From assembly GCA_964468475.1 (NCBI GenBank), contig CAYXUL010000004.1, positions 1,811 through 63,490 on the forward strand: a stretch of 61,680 bases of DNA. Direction: 5' to 3'. Shown piece by piece: positions 10,308-20,879 of the stretch. The DNA is from an uncultured Ignavibacteria bacterium (GTDB lineage Bacteria > Zixibacteria > MSB-5A5 > CAIYYT01). A program made the position numbers and the translations under genes. Every line of letters begins with the position of its first letter. Position 1 is the first letter of the stretch. Under the pieces are notes generated by a model, which saw only the letters and a program-made list of their open reading frames with translations, was not told the origin of the DNA and ran no database searches.

Positions 10308-13160
10308 ATGCGCTGCGTGTTAACGCTTCTGGCTTGTCTCTTGATGGTGCAAACGAGTTGGGCTACGATTATAAATGTCCCTGTTGACTACGCCTCTATC
10401 AGTCAAGCGGTGGATGTCGCGCTCGATGGTGACACTGTGCTGGTGGCGCCGGGCAATTACACCGACAGGATTGATTTTGGAGTCAAGGGCATAACTCTGC
10501 TGTCAAGCAATGGCCCGGAATATACTCAGCTCACTCCGCAGGCGACAGATTTTCTGATAAACGTCGGTGCTACAGGGAGCATCTCAGCAATGATATCTGG
10601 GTTCTCTGTGTCACAGGGCCGGGCAAGTAACCTCATTAAACTGATGGGCGCAGAGGGCGCTGTAGTCGAGAATAATCGATTTTATGATCTGACAATTGAC
10701 GAGTCACTAATTCTCTGCAACTCATCGAATGTGGTTATCCGAAAGAATGTCTTCGCCTTTAATACTGTGGGTCACGCCTGCATTGGCCTGCTCGGTGATG
10801 AAAATCAAGTCATCAACAATACGTTTTATCATAATCACCGCGGTTTCTATTCTCAAGGAGCGGGCAACATCGCGATCAACAATATCGTTGCCTATAATGA
10901 CGAGTATGGGATCTATGGATCGTTCAATGGTTCGATTGGCGACCTCGACTACAACTGCGTGATCGGAAACTCACCCGACTATGACTATTATGCGAGTGCG
11001 GGACCACACTCGCTGTCCGTAGATCCTCAGTTAGAGTCCCCGGATGCCTACGACTTTTCACTGAGTGCTGACTCACCCTGCATTGACGCGGGAAATCCCG
11101 CGGAAGAGTATCTCGATGAGGATGGCACTCGCTCAGATATTGGCGCCCTATCCTACATTCATCACTACCCGCTTGCAGTGCAAGTGAAGGTCGGAGACCT
11201 GGATTACGATCACGTTCTCGATAGCCTGCCTACCATCTCCTGGCAATTTAACAACAACGACGACCTGCCGCAAACCGCTTGCGAAATCGAGGTCGGTACT
11301 GATTTGGATTTCTCAGTAGCTGAGATGTGGAATAGCGGGGAAATAACTACTTCAGATCACGGAGTCCAATATGCCGGATCACCGCTGCAGAGAAACACTA
11401 TCTATTTTGGGCGCATCCGTGTCAGTGACGAGAATGGCTTCGGTGGATGGACCGTCTTTAGATTCCACCGAAATAGCCTGCCCGAACCCCCCAGCCCGTA
11501 TTCTCCGGAAGCCTTCACCGCACATTCGATTTTGGATGTTGTCCTCGTGGTGACCAACGGAAGCGATGCAGAAGGGGATCCGCGAACCTATGACTTCGTA
11601 GTTTACAGCGATGTTGGATTAACTGACATAGCCGCCGAAATCAGCGGGTTACCAGAAGAGAACTCTGAGACCTCAACTGGCAGGCTTTCCGGGCTGCAAG
11701 GCGACCAGCAATACTGGTGGCGGTGCCGGATCTTCGACGGCTTGGAGTTTTCCGACTGGTCGCAAGTCTCGGCCTTCCAAACGCGAAACCCCAGAACCTA
11801 TCGGGTTCCCAATGACTTTGACTTCATACCGCAAGCCATTGACTTCGCAGTTCACCAGGATACAATCATGGTCGAGCCGGGAGCATACAATGAGCCCATT
11901 GATCTCAAGGGCAAGAGCATTGTGATCAAGTCGGCGCAAGGGCCGGAGGTAACTACTCTCACCACCGCCGGAGCCCATCCGAATACTTTCATCCTGCTGA
12001 ACACCAGCGACGTCGCCAGCGCAGAATTATCCGGTTTTACAATTATCAGCGAGGCCTCTCAATACGGAATCGAAATCCCCGACGGATCACTTGTCAGAAT
12101 TGATAACAACCGTCTCATTGGCGCACGACTCGGAAACGAAGTCATCTGGTCGAAAGGAGCTTCGGTTCTAATCGACCACAACGTTTTCTCGGATTGTTTG
12201 GTGGGCCACGCCTGTATCGGCGTGACCTCCGGCGTAACATCAATAATTAACAATACGTTTTTCAACAATACCGGAGGCTTCTTCTCACAGCTGAACTATA
12301 CAATCGCGAAAAACAACATCATCGATCGATCGAGCAGCTACGGCATCTCGGGCTTCTACTCTTATCTCAACTACAATGATGTTTACGACAACGAGCCCAA
12401 TTTCGCCGGTGGCGCCTTCGCCGGTGGGTACAGCATCTCGCAGGACCCGCTCTTCCGGAATGAACTGGAAGGTGATTTTCAGCTAATGCCGAACTCGCCA
12501 TGTATCGACATGGGTGACCCCATTCCGACGTACAACGATCCCAACGGCACTCGCAACGATATGGGAGCGTATCCCTTTGATGAAATAGCGCCATATCCGT
12601 TCTCACTGCTGGAGCCCCAGAGCCAACTGGACACGCCTTTTACCGACCTACGGCCGACTTTCAGCTGGGAGCCGACCACAACTAACGATTCAACCGATGT
12701 TGTTTACTACACTCTGCAGGTCGCGCCTGATAGTCTTTTCAGCTTTGTCATGGAAGCGGACAGCCTGACCGAAATGACTGCTCAGGCGCCTGAACAGCTC
12801 GATTGGGGAACTCGCTATTGGTGGCGAGTGCTGGCAAGTGGCCCGCTGAATCTGACAACTGCCTCATCGGAGGTGGGTACGTTCCGCACCATGACCCTTG
12901 GGGATGCCAACAACAGCGCACGGCTTGATATTTCCGACGCAGTCTTTCTCATCAACTACGTTTTCGCTAACGGGCCCGCTCCTCAACCGGCGATTGCGGG
13001 CAACCTGAACTGCGACGACAGGATCAACATGTCCGATATCGTATATCTGGTGAATTACATGTTCATCTCCGGTCCGAAACCGTGCTCTGATTGGCCGACG
13101 GCGTCGCCCACAGTTGATAAGCAACAGATAGGAGAGCTCCAGCTTCCGAAGCTGCGTTAG
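10308..13160 (+). CDS. secreted parallel-beta-helix repeat protein, internally duplicated, with FN3-like modules and a C-terminal dockerin-like domain
   Basis: Signal peptide MRCVLTLLACLLMVQTSWA. There are two copies of a ~280-aa module (VPxD...QAxD...DT(V/I)xVxPGxY; NNR...GHACIG...INNTF...SPCIDxGxP...GTRxDxGA). Each copy is followed by FN3-like segments ending in YWWR. The tail is DISDAVFLINYVF / NMSDIVYLVNYMF. Confidence 0.7.
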   Translation: MRCVLTLLACLLMVQTSWATIINVPVDYASISQAVDVALDGDTVLVAPGNYTDRIDFGVKGITLLSSNGPEYTQLTPQATDFLINVGATGSISAMISGFSVSQGRASNLIKLMGAEGAVVENNRFYDLTIDESLILCNSSNVVIRKNVFAFNTVGHACIGLLGDENQVINNTFYHNHRGFYSQGAGNIAINNIVAYNDEYGIYGSFNGSIGDLDYNCVIGNSPDYDYYASAGPHSLSVDPQLESPDAYDFSLSADSPCIDAGNPAEEYLDEDGTRSDIGALSYIHHYPLAVQVKVGDLDYDHVLDSLPTISWQFNNNDDLPQTACEIEVGTDLDFSVAEMWNSGEITTSDHGVQYAGSPLQRNTIYFGRIRVSDENGFGGWTVFRFHRNSLPEPPSPYSPEAFTAHSILDVVLVVTNGSDAEGDPRTYDFVVYSDVGLTDIAAEISGLPEENSETSTGRLSGLQGDQQYWWRCRIFDGLEFSDWSQVSAFQTRNPRTYRVPNDFDFIPQAIDFAVHQDTIMVEPGAYNEPIDLKGKSIVIKSAQGPEVTTLTTAGAHPNTFILLNTSDVASAELSGFTIISEASQYGIEIPDGSLVRIDNNRLIGARLGNEVIWSKGASVLIDHNVFSDCLVGHACIGVTSGVTSIINNTFFNNTGGFFSQLNYTIAKNNIIDRSSSYGISGFYSYLNYNDVYDNEPNFAGGAFAGGYSISQDPLFRNELEGDFQLMPNSPCIDMGDPIPTYNDPNGTRNDMGAYPFDEIAPYPFSLLEPQSQLDTPFTDLRPTFSWEPTTTNDSTDVVYYTLQVAPDSLFSFVMEADSLTEMTAQAPEQLDWGTRYWWRVLASGPLNLTTASSEVGTFRTMTLGDANNSARLDISDAVFLINYVFANGPAPQPAIAGNLNCDDRINMSDIVYLVNYMFISGPKPCSDWPTASPTVDKQQIGELQLPKLR

Positions 13161-13389
13161 AAAATAGAATCCGTGCTATCGAAGCCGGTTGTACGCACGC
13201 GCTCCCCAATTCCGGTTTCATTATCGAGATAACCAGAAATTTCGTATCTCCCAAGTTCAGGGTAACTTCAGTGTTTCCCGAGACTGCTGCAGTCTTATGA
13301 ATCACCTTAACTCCTTAATTTATAAGTAGAAACGTCGATAGTCCAAGAAACGATTGGACAGGTGCTTGTGAAAAAAGTATCTTATTGGT

Positions 13390-14781
13390 ATGATTAAGGT
13401 TTCTGATGCTGCAGATGTAATCAATCCGCTACTGATTCAGCCCGGAAGCGTGATTTACTGTGCGGGAAACGCAGCTACGCCTCAGGTCTTGCTGGAGCAG
13501 CTTGCCGCCGACCTGGCAATCAAGCACGTTGATATGTACGCCGTCTTGCCTCTGGGGGAACGGATCGCGCCTCTCTTTTCCCAGGAGCGCTGCCGCGAGT
13601 TGACGCACAGAGTGATCTTCAATAGCAAGATTACCCGCGAGGCAGTCAATAACGGCTGGGCCTTTTATCATCCGCTGCACCTGTCAGAGATCCCCCGCTA
13701 CGTGCACAGCCACATGCACCCCAATGTCGTGCTGCTATCAGTAAATGGTCCCGACCGCGCCGGAAATTACTCACTGGGTACTACAGTTGAGGGTGTGCTG
13801 ACGGCAATTCAGTACGCCAACAAGCACGGTGGCATCGTGATCGCCGAGCGCAATGAGCGTATGCCGTTTGTGCTGGGCACGACGGTACCGGAGAGTGCCA
13901 TCGATTACATCATCGATGTTGACTATCCACTGCCGGCAAGTCCAGTGCCTGAACCCGACAATGTTGCCAGCCGCATCGGGGAGATTATTGCTTCGCTCTA
14001 CATTCAGGATGGCTCAGGAAATGAGCCTGGGTCGACGCTGCAGTACGGTATCGGAGAGGTACCGGAGGCGGTCACGGATGCCATTTTGAAGAAGGGGGTT
14101 CGAGATTTGTCGATTCACACCGAGTTGCTGGCGGATGCTATGGTGCGGCTCATAACCAAAGGCGTCGTCACCAATCGCTGGAAACAGCATCTCAATTTCT
14201 CAGTTGCTTCGATCTTTCTCGGAGAGACTCAGGAAACGTACGAGTGGCTGCACTACAACAGCTCAGTGCAGAGCCGGCCTTCGAATTATACCAATAGCGT
14301 TTTTAAGATCTCAGAACAGCCACGCATGGTGGCTATCAACAGCGCCATCGGCGTTGATTTGCACGGCAACATCTGGGCCGATTCACTCGACGCGCGCAAG
14401 ATCTATTCGGGGGTCGGCGGGCAATCGGACTTCATTCGTGGTGCGCAATATTCCGAGGGTGGCGTCGCGATTATTGCTTTGAAATCTATGACCAAACAGG
14501 GGATATCCAAGATCGTAGACCGCTGTCCAGCAGGCATTACCACAACCGCAACCCCGTTCGACAAAGTGATCATTGTTACCGAATATGGCGCCCTTGATCC
14601 CCGCGGCCTCAGTTTGGGTGAGAGGGCGGTGGCAATCGCTCATCTGGCGCACCCGAAGGTGCAGGATAACCTGCTTAGAATAATCACCGATAGCTCCGAA
14701 TTCCATAAGCCGGAAACCACCACCGGAAAGACCCCCGGTTTCACCCCTTACGATGAAGCCATCAAGTTCATGAGCGATTGA
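13390..14781 (+). CDS. acetyl-CoA hydrolase/transferase family protein (4-hydroxybutyrate CoA-transferase-like)
   Basis: 463 aa. GVGGQSDFIRGA and LQYGIGEVPEAV are signatures of the AcetylCoA_hydro/transf family. Confidence 0.85.
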   Translation: MIKVSDAADVINPLLIQPGSVIYCAGNAATPQVLLEQLAADLAIKHVDMYAVLPLGERIAPLFSQERCRELTHRVIFNSKITREAVNNGWAFYHPLHLSEIPRYVHSHMHPNVVLLSVNGPDRAGNYSLGTTVEGVLTAIQYANKHGGIVIAERNERMPFVLGTTVPESAIDYIIDVDYPLPASPVPEPDNVASRIGEIIASLYIQDGSGNEPGSTLQYGIGEVPEAVTDAILKKGVRDLSIHTELLADAMVRLITKGVVTNRWKQHLNFSVASIFLGETQETYEWLHYNSSVQSRPSNYTNSVFKISEQPRMVAINSAIGVDLHGNIWADSLDARKIYSGVGGQSDFIRGAQYSEGGVAIIALKSMTKQGISKIVDRCPAGITTTATPFDKVIIVTEYGALDPRGLSLGERAVAIAHLAHPKVQDNLLRIITDSSEFHKPETTTGKTPGFTPYDEAIKFMSD

Positions 14782-14839
14782 CTCTGGGAAGTCTGCGGCT
14801 CTGCCGCTGATTGCAAAGCCATTTCTCTTTCGAAGCGCA

Positions 14840-16087
14840 CTACTGTAGGATAATACGCCAGAGCTTGTCGGCAATAGTCCTGAACGTGAAATCGCGCATT
14901 ACGAGTTTGTGGCCGTTCTCCCCGAATGAGTCCGCCATCCCACGATTCTCAGCCAGTTGCCGGGCCTTGGCGGCCAGGTCACCCTGATCCTCAGGTTCAA
15001 ATGCCAATCCGCACGGTGTTTCATCGATGAAAATACGCTTGGCCTCTCCTTCGACCCCCAGCAACAGTGGTTTCTTCATGACGAGCAGCTCGAATATCTT
15101 GGAAGGAATGGCACCCGTGAACAGCTTATGCCTCGCAAGCGGCACCACTCCCGCATCGATTGCATTGAGAACGTCAGGCATTTCGTTTTTCGGTACAGGA
15201 TTTTCGAACATAACATTTGTGACCCCGATTTTCTCTTTGAGGCGCAGCAACTCTTCGCGACAAGGTCCCGTCCCCAGGAGCAGGAACTTGATTTGCGGCC
15301 GGCCGCTGAGTTGTTGTGCAGCGCGCAATATAGTCTCAAGCTTCTGCGCATGTCCGAGGATTCCCGCATACAGGATGATGAAGTCATCTTCCCCAAAACC
15401 GAACTGACTCCGCCACGCATTTCGCTCGCGGGCCGCATCCTGCGCGCCAGTCTCATCTAAATAGCCCTGATAAAGCTCCATATCAATTCCGTTCGGGAGC
15501 CAGTACACTTCTTCTCTCCCCGTTCGCCGCTTGATGTCATCGACAATGAAATTCGTTTGTCCGGTGATCAGATCAGAATGGCGATAGGCATACATTTCTA
15601 ATTTACCTGCCAATGACAGCACCAAGCGATTGCGCACCAGCCCGAGTTGCCGGGCGCTCTCCGGCCAGAGATCAGAGACATTGAACACCAGTCGAGCACC
15701 GTGCCTCCATTTCAGCAGAATCGCGGTGATCGCTAGCGACAGGGGTGGCGACTCGCAAATAATCAAGTCGCAATGTGGAACTCGGCTCATTCCCAGCAGC
15801 ACAGAACTAAATGTAAAGCTGAGATAGTTCAACATCCTCCGTAATATTGTCAATTTCTGCGAACAATAAACATAACTGCGGTAAACCTCTAACCCGTCCC
15901 TTTCCTCGTGATCGAACCACTTGCCCTCGTACTCCTGGTGCACCTTCATCTCCGGATAGTTAGGCATGGCGGTCAGCACCTTGACGTCTGCACCCTTCTT
16001 CAGCAATCTGACGGCCAAACCGTGCAGTCGATTCTGCGGCGCGCCGATCTCGGGGGGGAAATACTGACTTAGAAACAGAATTCTCAT
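14840..16087 (-). CDS. glycosyltransferase family 4 (WcaI-like)
   Basis: MRILFLSQYFPPEIGAPQNR is the canonical GT4 N-terminus, and there is a C-terminal EX7E-type region (GVEGEAKRIFIDE). The start is moved to ATG 16087. The longer track ORF (to 16363) would overlap the divergent gene starting at 16256. Confidence 0.85.
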   Translation of the reverse strand: MRILFLSQYFPPEIGAPQNRLHGLAVRLLKKGADVKVLTAMPNYPEMKVHQEYEGKWFDHEERDGLEVYRSYVYCSQKLTILRRMLNYLSFTFSSVLLGMSRVPHCDLIICESPPLSLAITAILLKWRHGARLVFNVSDLWPESARQLGLVRNRLVLSLAGKLEMYAYRHSDLITGQTNFIVDDIKRRTGREEVYWLPNGIDMELYQGYLDETGAQDAARERNAWRSQFGFGEDDFIILYAGILGHAQKLETILRAAQQLSGRPQIKFLLLGTGPCREELLRLKEKIGVTNVMFENPVPKNEMPDVLNAIDAGVVPLARHKLFTGAIPSKIFELLVMKKPLLLGVEGEAKRIFIDETPCGLAFEPEDQGDLAAKARQLAENRGMADSFGENGHKLVMRDFTFRTIADKLWRIILQ

Positions 16088-16255
16088 CTTACCACGCGTG
16101 ACTCGGAGAGTTTGCACATAATCACGGCGAATATAAGTTTGTCTGGGGGAAGCGGCAACCAATGCTTCAGCAGGTCGAAGGGAATCAAGTAATGAAACTG
16201 TCAATCTTCGACTCGGAATTTCGTATAATTCGGAACTGAAAGGAACAATCCACCT

Positions 16256-17902
16256 ATGAATGCTGCCGAGCTCTTTGTGAAATGTCTGGAAACCGAGGGC
16301 GTCGAATACGTATTCGGGCTGCCGGGCGAGGAGAACGCACGTCTGATGATGGCGCTCGATCAATCACCGATCAAGTTCGTGCTCACTCGCCACGAGCAGG
16401 GTGCGGCCTTTATGGCTGACTCCTACGGTCGCCTTACCGGCAAGGCGGGAATTTGCCTGGGCACGCTGGGTCCCGGCGCTACCAACCTGATGACCGGTGT
16501 TGCCGACGCCAACCTGGACCGCTCGCCGCTGGTAGTTATCACCGGCCAGGCGGATTTCCGGCGACAACACAAAGAGTCGCACCAGAACATGGATGTGGTC
16601 AGGATGTTTCAGGCGGTGACCAAGTGGGCCTCACCGGTGCTTCACCCCGATACCATTCCCGAAGTTGTCCGCAAGGCCGTCAAGCTGGCTGAAACCGAGA
16701 AACCGGGCGCGTGCCATATCGAGTTGGCCGAAGACATCGCCGCGCAGGAATCAGACTGCAAGCCAATCCCACCCATTCGGGTGCGCCGCGCCGTGCCTGA
16801 CGACAAAATCGTCGATCAGGCAATGGAAGTTCTGCGAAGCGCAAAACGGCCGGTAATTCTGGCGGGTAACGGCGCTATTCGCAAACGTGCCGCCAGGCAA
16901 TTACGCCAGTTTGTTGAGGCGACCGGCATCAGCGTTATTAGCACCTTTATGGGTAAGGGTGCTATCCCGCGCCACTCTGAGCAGTGCTTGTTTACAATCG
17001 GGCTACAATCACAGGATCTGGTTGCCTGTGCGATCGAAGCCGCCGATGTCGTCATCACGCTCGGCTACGATCTGGTCGAGTATCATCCGCGCTTCTGGAA
17101 TGGCAGCATAAACAAGAAGATCATTCACATCGATTTCCTGCCGGCGGAAGTTGATGAACATTATCGCATCGATGTTGAAATTGTCGGTGATCTGGCGCAT
17201 ACGCTCTGGATGTTCAATGAGCGAGTTGCCAGGAAGCCGTTGAGTTTTGATATTCGGCAGCACAAGTCAGTGCGGCAGGGAATGATCGAGGATTTCGAGG
17301 AATACAAAGACGATGACACCAGCGGCGACATCAAACCGCAGAAGGTGCTCTGGGATGTCCGAGAAGCGATGGGTTCGAATGACATCGTGCTCTCTGACGT
17401 CGGCGCTCATAAAATGTGGATCGCGCGCTATTATCACTGCGATGAACCAAACACTTGTCTGATCCCCAATGGTTTCTGCTCAATGGGATTCGCCTTCCCG
17501 GGAGCTATCGCCGCCAAACTGGTACATCCGGAGCGACGAATCCTCGCAATCTGTGGCGACGGGGGATTTTTGATGAACGTTCAGGAAATGGAGACAGCAC
17601 GACGTCTCGGCACCAAAATCGTGGTGATGGTGTGGGTGGACGGAGGATATGGTTTGATTTCGTGGAAACAGGATGCACAGTTCCAGCGCCACTCCAATCT
17701 TTCTTTCGGGAATCCTGACTTTGAAAAGCTGGCGGACTCATTTGGCTGGAAATCGTTCATTGTTGACAAGTCGCGTGATTTGAAGAAGTCTCTTGATAGT
17801 GCATTCACCTGCGATGCTCCGGCCCTCGTAGTGATACCGATTGATTATCGCGAGAACTTGAAGCTGACCGAGCGACTTGGAAAGATTGTTTGCCCCATCT
17901 AG
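16256..17902 (+). CDS. thiamine-diphosphate enzyme, acetolactate synthase (catabolic AlsS-like) large subunit family
   Basis: 548 aa. VFGLPGEEN, LGPGATNL, and a ThDP-binding GDGGF...N motif (ICGDGGFLMNVQE). Confidence 0.85.
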   Translation: MNAAELFVKCLETEGVEYVFGLPGEENARLMMALDQSPIKFVLTRHEQGAAFMADSYGRLTGKAGICLGTLGPGATNLMTGVADANLDRSPLVVITGQADFRRQHKESHQNMDVVRMFQAVTKWASPVLHPDTIPEVVRKAVKLAETEKPGACHIELAEDIAAQESDCKPIPPIRVRRAVPDDKIVDQAMEVLRSAKRPVILAGNGAIRKRAARQLRQFVEATGISVISTFMGKGAIPRHSEQCLFTIGLQSQDLVACAIEAADVVITLGYDLVEYHPRFWNGSINKKIIHIDFLPAEVDEHYRIDVEIVGDLAHTLWMFNERVARKPLSFDIRQHKSVRQGMIEDFEEYKDDDTSGDIKPQKVLWDVREAMGSNDIVLSDVGAHKMWIARYYHCDEPNTCLIPNGFCSMGFAFPGAIAAKLVHPERRILAICGDGGFLMNVQEMETARRLGTKIVVMVWVDGGYGLISWKQDAQFQRHSNLSFGNPDFEKLADSFGWKSFIVDKSRDLKKSLDSAFTCDAPALVVIPIDYRENLKLTERLGKIVCPI

Positions 17903-17953
17903 TCTATAATCCATGCTAACAGGATTCAGAGATTAGCGAAGGAGAAATGAGAA

Positions 17954-19387
17954 ATGCTGAAGGAGAAGTACCCATATTACCTGGCCAACAAACCAGTACA
18001 GGCAAATACCGACCTTGAAGTAACCAATAAGTACACCGGAAAGGTGGCCACGCGTGTCGCAATGGCAGACTCGGGTGCCATTGATGAAGCCATCACTAAG
18101 GCGGAAGCATCCCTCGATAAGATGCGAAAATTGCCCGCCTACAAACGACAGCAGGTACTTTACCATTGCGTCGAGCGCTTTACCGAACGCTTTGATGAAT
18201 TGGCGGAATCGCTGTGCATCGAGGCAGGCAAGCCAATCAGAGACAGCCGTGGCGAAGCTACCCGCCTGATCGACACTTTTCGCATCGCCGCCGAAGAATC
18301 AGTGCGAATCACAGGCGAAGTACTTCCTCTCGATATCTCGGCTCGCGCTCACGGTTACTCAGGTATGTGGAAACGAGTACCAATAGGAGTATGTTCCTTC
18401 ATTTCGCCCTTCAATTTTCCGCTCAATCTGGCAGCTCACAAGGTGGCGCCGGCCCTGGCAGTCGGTTGCCCCTTCGTGCTCAAGCCGGCGAGCCTGACAC
18501 CGATCGGAGCCCTGATAATCGGTGAAGTACTGGCGGAAACAGATTTGCCGGAAGGAGCCTTCTCCATACTGCCGTGTCACCGCGAAGGTGCCGCTCTCTT
18601 TACCGAGGATCCTCGCCCGAAGCTGCTGAGCTTCACGGGATCTCCGGAAGTCGGCTGGCGGCTCAAGGCAAAGGCAGGCAAAAAGAAAGTCATCCTTGAG
18701 CTGGGCGGCAATGCCGGCTGCATCGTCGATGAGGACGCGGATATTGATGACGCTGTCGCGCGCATAATCATCGGCGCTTTCTATCAGTCAGGTCAAAGCT
18801 GCATCAGCGTGCAGCGAATCCTGATACATGAGAGGGTTTATGACCAGTTCAAAGAGAAGCTGGTAGCTGAAACCAAGAAGCTTAAGATGGGTGACCCGAT
18901 GAAAGAAGAGACATTCATCGGACCAATGATCTCGGAAAAGGAAGCGTCGCGACTGCACGGCTGGATCAAATCGGCACTCGATGCCGGAGGCAAACTGCTT
19001 TGCGGCGGCAACCGCGAGGGCACGATGCTGGAAGCGACGTTGCTTGAGGATGTCCCGGCGGATCAGGATCTGTGCGCCCAGGAAGCCTTCGGACCGGCGG
19101 CAATTCTCTCGAAGTTTTCGGATTTTGATGAGGCGCTACGGGTCGTAAATGACAGCAAATTCGGTTTGCAGGCAGGGGTGTTTACGCGCGATCTCTATAA
19201 GGCGCATAAGGCATGGAATGAACTGGAAGTCGGCGGCGTGATAATCGGTGATGTGCCCTCATGGCGCGTCGATCACATGCCGTATGGCGGCGTGAAAGAC
19301 AGCGGCCTGGGACGCGAAGGCATCCGCTGGGCTATTGCTGATATGTCTGAAGAACGACTGATGGTTATTCGCGACAAGGACGCTTAG
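17954..19387 (+). CDS. NAD(P)+-dependent aldehyde dehydrogenase family protein
   Basis: 477 aa. FPLNLAAHKVAPALA, catalytic Glu in ELGGNA and catalytic Cys in GQSCIS. Confidence 0.9.
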   Translation: MLKEKYPYYLANKPVQANTDLEVTNKYTGKVATRVAMADSGAIDEAITKAEASLDKMRKLPAYKRQQVLYHCVERFTERFDELAESLCIEAGKPIRDSRGEATRLIDTFRIAAEESVRITGEVLPLDISARAHGYSGMWKRVPIGVCSFISPFNFPLNLAAHKVAPALAVGCPFVLKPASLTPIGALIIGEVLAETDLPEGAFSILPCHREGAALFTEDPRPKLLSFTGSPEVGWRLKAKAGKKKVILELGGNAGCIVDEDADIDDAVARIIIGAFYQSGQSCISVQRILIHERVYDQFKEKLVAETKKLKMGDPMKEETFIGPMISEKEASRLHGWIKSALDAGGKLLCGGNREGTMLEATLLEDVPADQDLCAQEAFGPAAILSKFSDFDEALRVVNDSKFGLQAGVFTRDLYKAHKAWNELEVGGVIIGDVPSWRVDHMPYGGVKDSGLGREGIRWAIADMSEERLMVIRDKDA

Positions 19388-19395
19388 CCAGCCAG

Positions 19396-19986
19396 CTAGT
19401 GCTCACCTCTTCTGAATACTGCGATGGCATGATAGAGGGCGGTACCGAGCGCTCTGACCGCCTGCTGTCGCTTTTCATCATTCATCGAGCCGTCAGCGGC
19501 GAATTCATCCTTAGCTCTGCGGATTGAAATTTGCTCAGGCAGCACTTTCACCCTGATATTGCTCAAGATCCGGCGATATTCCTGAATAGCGCGCACGCCT
19601 CCCCATTGGCCGGTCGAAGCGGTCATAACAACCGCGAACTTGTCGAGAAAGCACTCCAGGCCCGGTCTTCCCGGCTGCGGACGCGACACCCAGTCAATCG
19701 TATTCTTCCACACTCCCGAAATTGAGCTGTTGTACTCGGGACACGACATCAGCAGACCGTCATTTTCAAGAAACAAATCTCGCAGCTTTACAGCATTTTC
19801 GGGTAGCCCCTGTTCAGTTTCAAGATCGCCATCGTAAAGCGGCAGCCGATACTCCCTGAGATCAATGAGGGTGACTTCGGCGCCTGCTTCGCGGGCACCC
19901 TCGACCGCTATGGAAAGTAGTTGCTTGTTGAATGACGCTTGCCGGGTGCTGCCGGCGAAGGCGAGAATTCTAACCTTATCAGACAT
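19396..19986 (-). CDS. NADPH-dependent FMN reductase family oxidoreductase
   Basis: RILAFAGSTRQASFNKQL and CPEYNSSISGVWKNTIDW are typical of FMN_red. The start is set at ATG 19986 (MSDKVRIL). Confidence 0.8.
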   Translation of the reverse strand: MSDKVRILAFAGSTRQASFNKQLLSIAVEGAREAGAEVTLIDLREYRLPLYDGDLETEQGLPENAVKLRDLFLENDGLLMSCPEYNSSISGVWKNTIDWVSRPQPGRPGLECFLDKFAVVMTASTGQWGGVRAIQEYRRILSNIRVKVLPEQISIRRAKDEFAADGSMNDEKRQQAVRALGTALYHAIAVFRRGEH

Positions 19987-20101
19987 ATCGAGTGAATATC
20001 CTTTCAACCTGCTTTTCGTGATCAGCAAACATGGAGTCTGTCAAGAGATACGAGTTCGAACAGCGCTACTGTTGAGTTGATGCGGTCAGGGCAGGTTCAG
20101 G

Positions 20102-20138
20102 ACAATACAGAAATGTGAAAGCGACAGCGACTTTCACA
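20102..20138 (-). terminator. candidate terminator of the OMP gene
   Basis: On the minus strand, an 8-bp stem TGTGAAAG / CTTTCACA (9-nt loop) is followed by TTTCTGTATTG. It lies ~50 nt after the stop at 20187. Confidence 0.4.
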
Positions 20139-20186
20139 GCCGCTGCCGCATTCGGAATGAAGAACAGGGAAGTGGGTGCTGTTCGT

Positions 20187-20879
20187 TTAGAACATCACTC
20201 CTGCGGAAAGATGAACGGTGAAGTTCTTATAGTCCAGTCCGCTGTGGCCGTCGCTGTCCAGAACCGGAATATCGCCTTTGCCGTTTGCGATAGCATCGGC
20301 AATTTCCTTGTCCGACAGGTCTCTGAACAACTTGGTCAGGCCGATATCGGTACGAAAATCGATGATGAAGCGGGTTGGACCTGAGCCCAGTTCAAGGCCC
20401 GCGCCAATAACGGTACTGAAGTCGTATTTCTGCAGGTTGGCGATTCCAATGGATGAACCGGAAGCGGTGATCGCCGAACTCACCGGCACAGAGATCGCCG
20501 GTCCGACATTAAAGACTGTACTCACGGTTGAGGCGCGGCTGAGTTTTACGCTGACAAGCAATGGGAATTCAGCGTAGTCGACCTTACCGGTTGCATCGAC
20601 ATAGTAACCAACGAACGGATTGTAGACGCTTATTTGCGTCCCTTTCTGCACATACATTGCTTCCGGACGAATGCTGATATTCTCGTTGACGGGGAAGTCA
20701 AGGAACATTCCGCCAATGAAGCCGTTACGGTAACCGGTATTGGCGGCGTCGTTGCCCCAAACTGTTGCGATCGATCCGCCACCCATGATCCCGACTCCGG
20801 CCAGCGCCGGGGCCGCTGCGACTGTCATGAAGGCCAGGGCCATTATCAGGCCTCTGAATTTGTTGTGACTCGTGAACAT
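20187..20879 (-). CDS. outer-membrane beta-barrel (porin-family/OMP_b-brl) protein
   Basis: 230 aa. It has a signal peptide ending in PALA, alternating hydrophobic beta-strand periodicity and a terminal aromatic residue (...LSAGVMF). Confidence 0.7.
   Translation of the reverse strand: MFTSHNKFRGLIMALAFMTVAAAPALAGVGIMGGGSIATVWGNDAANTGYRNGFIGGMFLDFPVNENISIRPEAMYVQKGTQISVYNPFVGYYVDATGKVDYAEFPLLVSVKLSRASTVSTVFNVGPAISVPVSSAITASGSSIGIANLQKYDFSTVIGAGLELGSGPTRFIIDFRTDIGLTKLFRDLSDKEIADAIANGKGDIPVLDSDGHSGLDYKNFTVHLSAGVMF

Noticed and set aside
16088-16363. 92-codon N-terminal extension of the glycosyltransferase ORF
   Set aside because: The extension overlaps the divergent acetolactate-synthase-like gene (start 16256) and lacks GT4 features. 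MRILFLSQYFPPE at 16087 is the canonical start.
20114-20138. TGTGAAAG...CTTTCACA, considered as another Rex/CRP-type site
   Set aside because: The half-sites are separated by 15 nt rather than 6. It is better explained as the stem of a terminator hairpin after the OMP gene.
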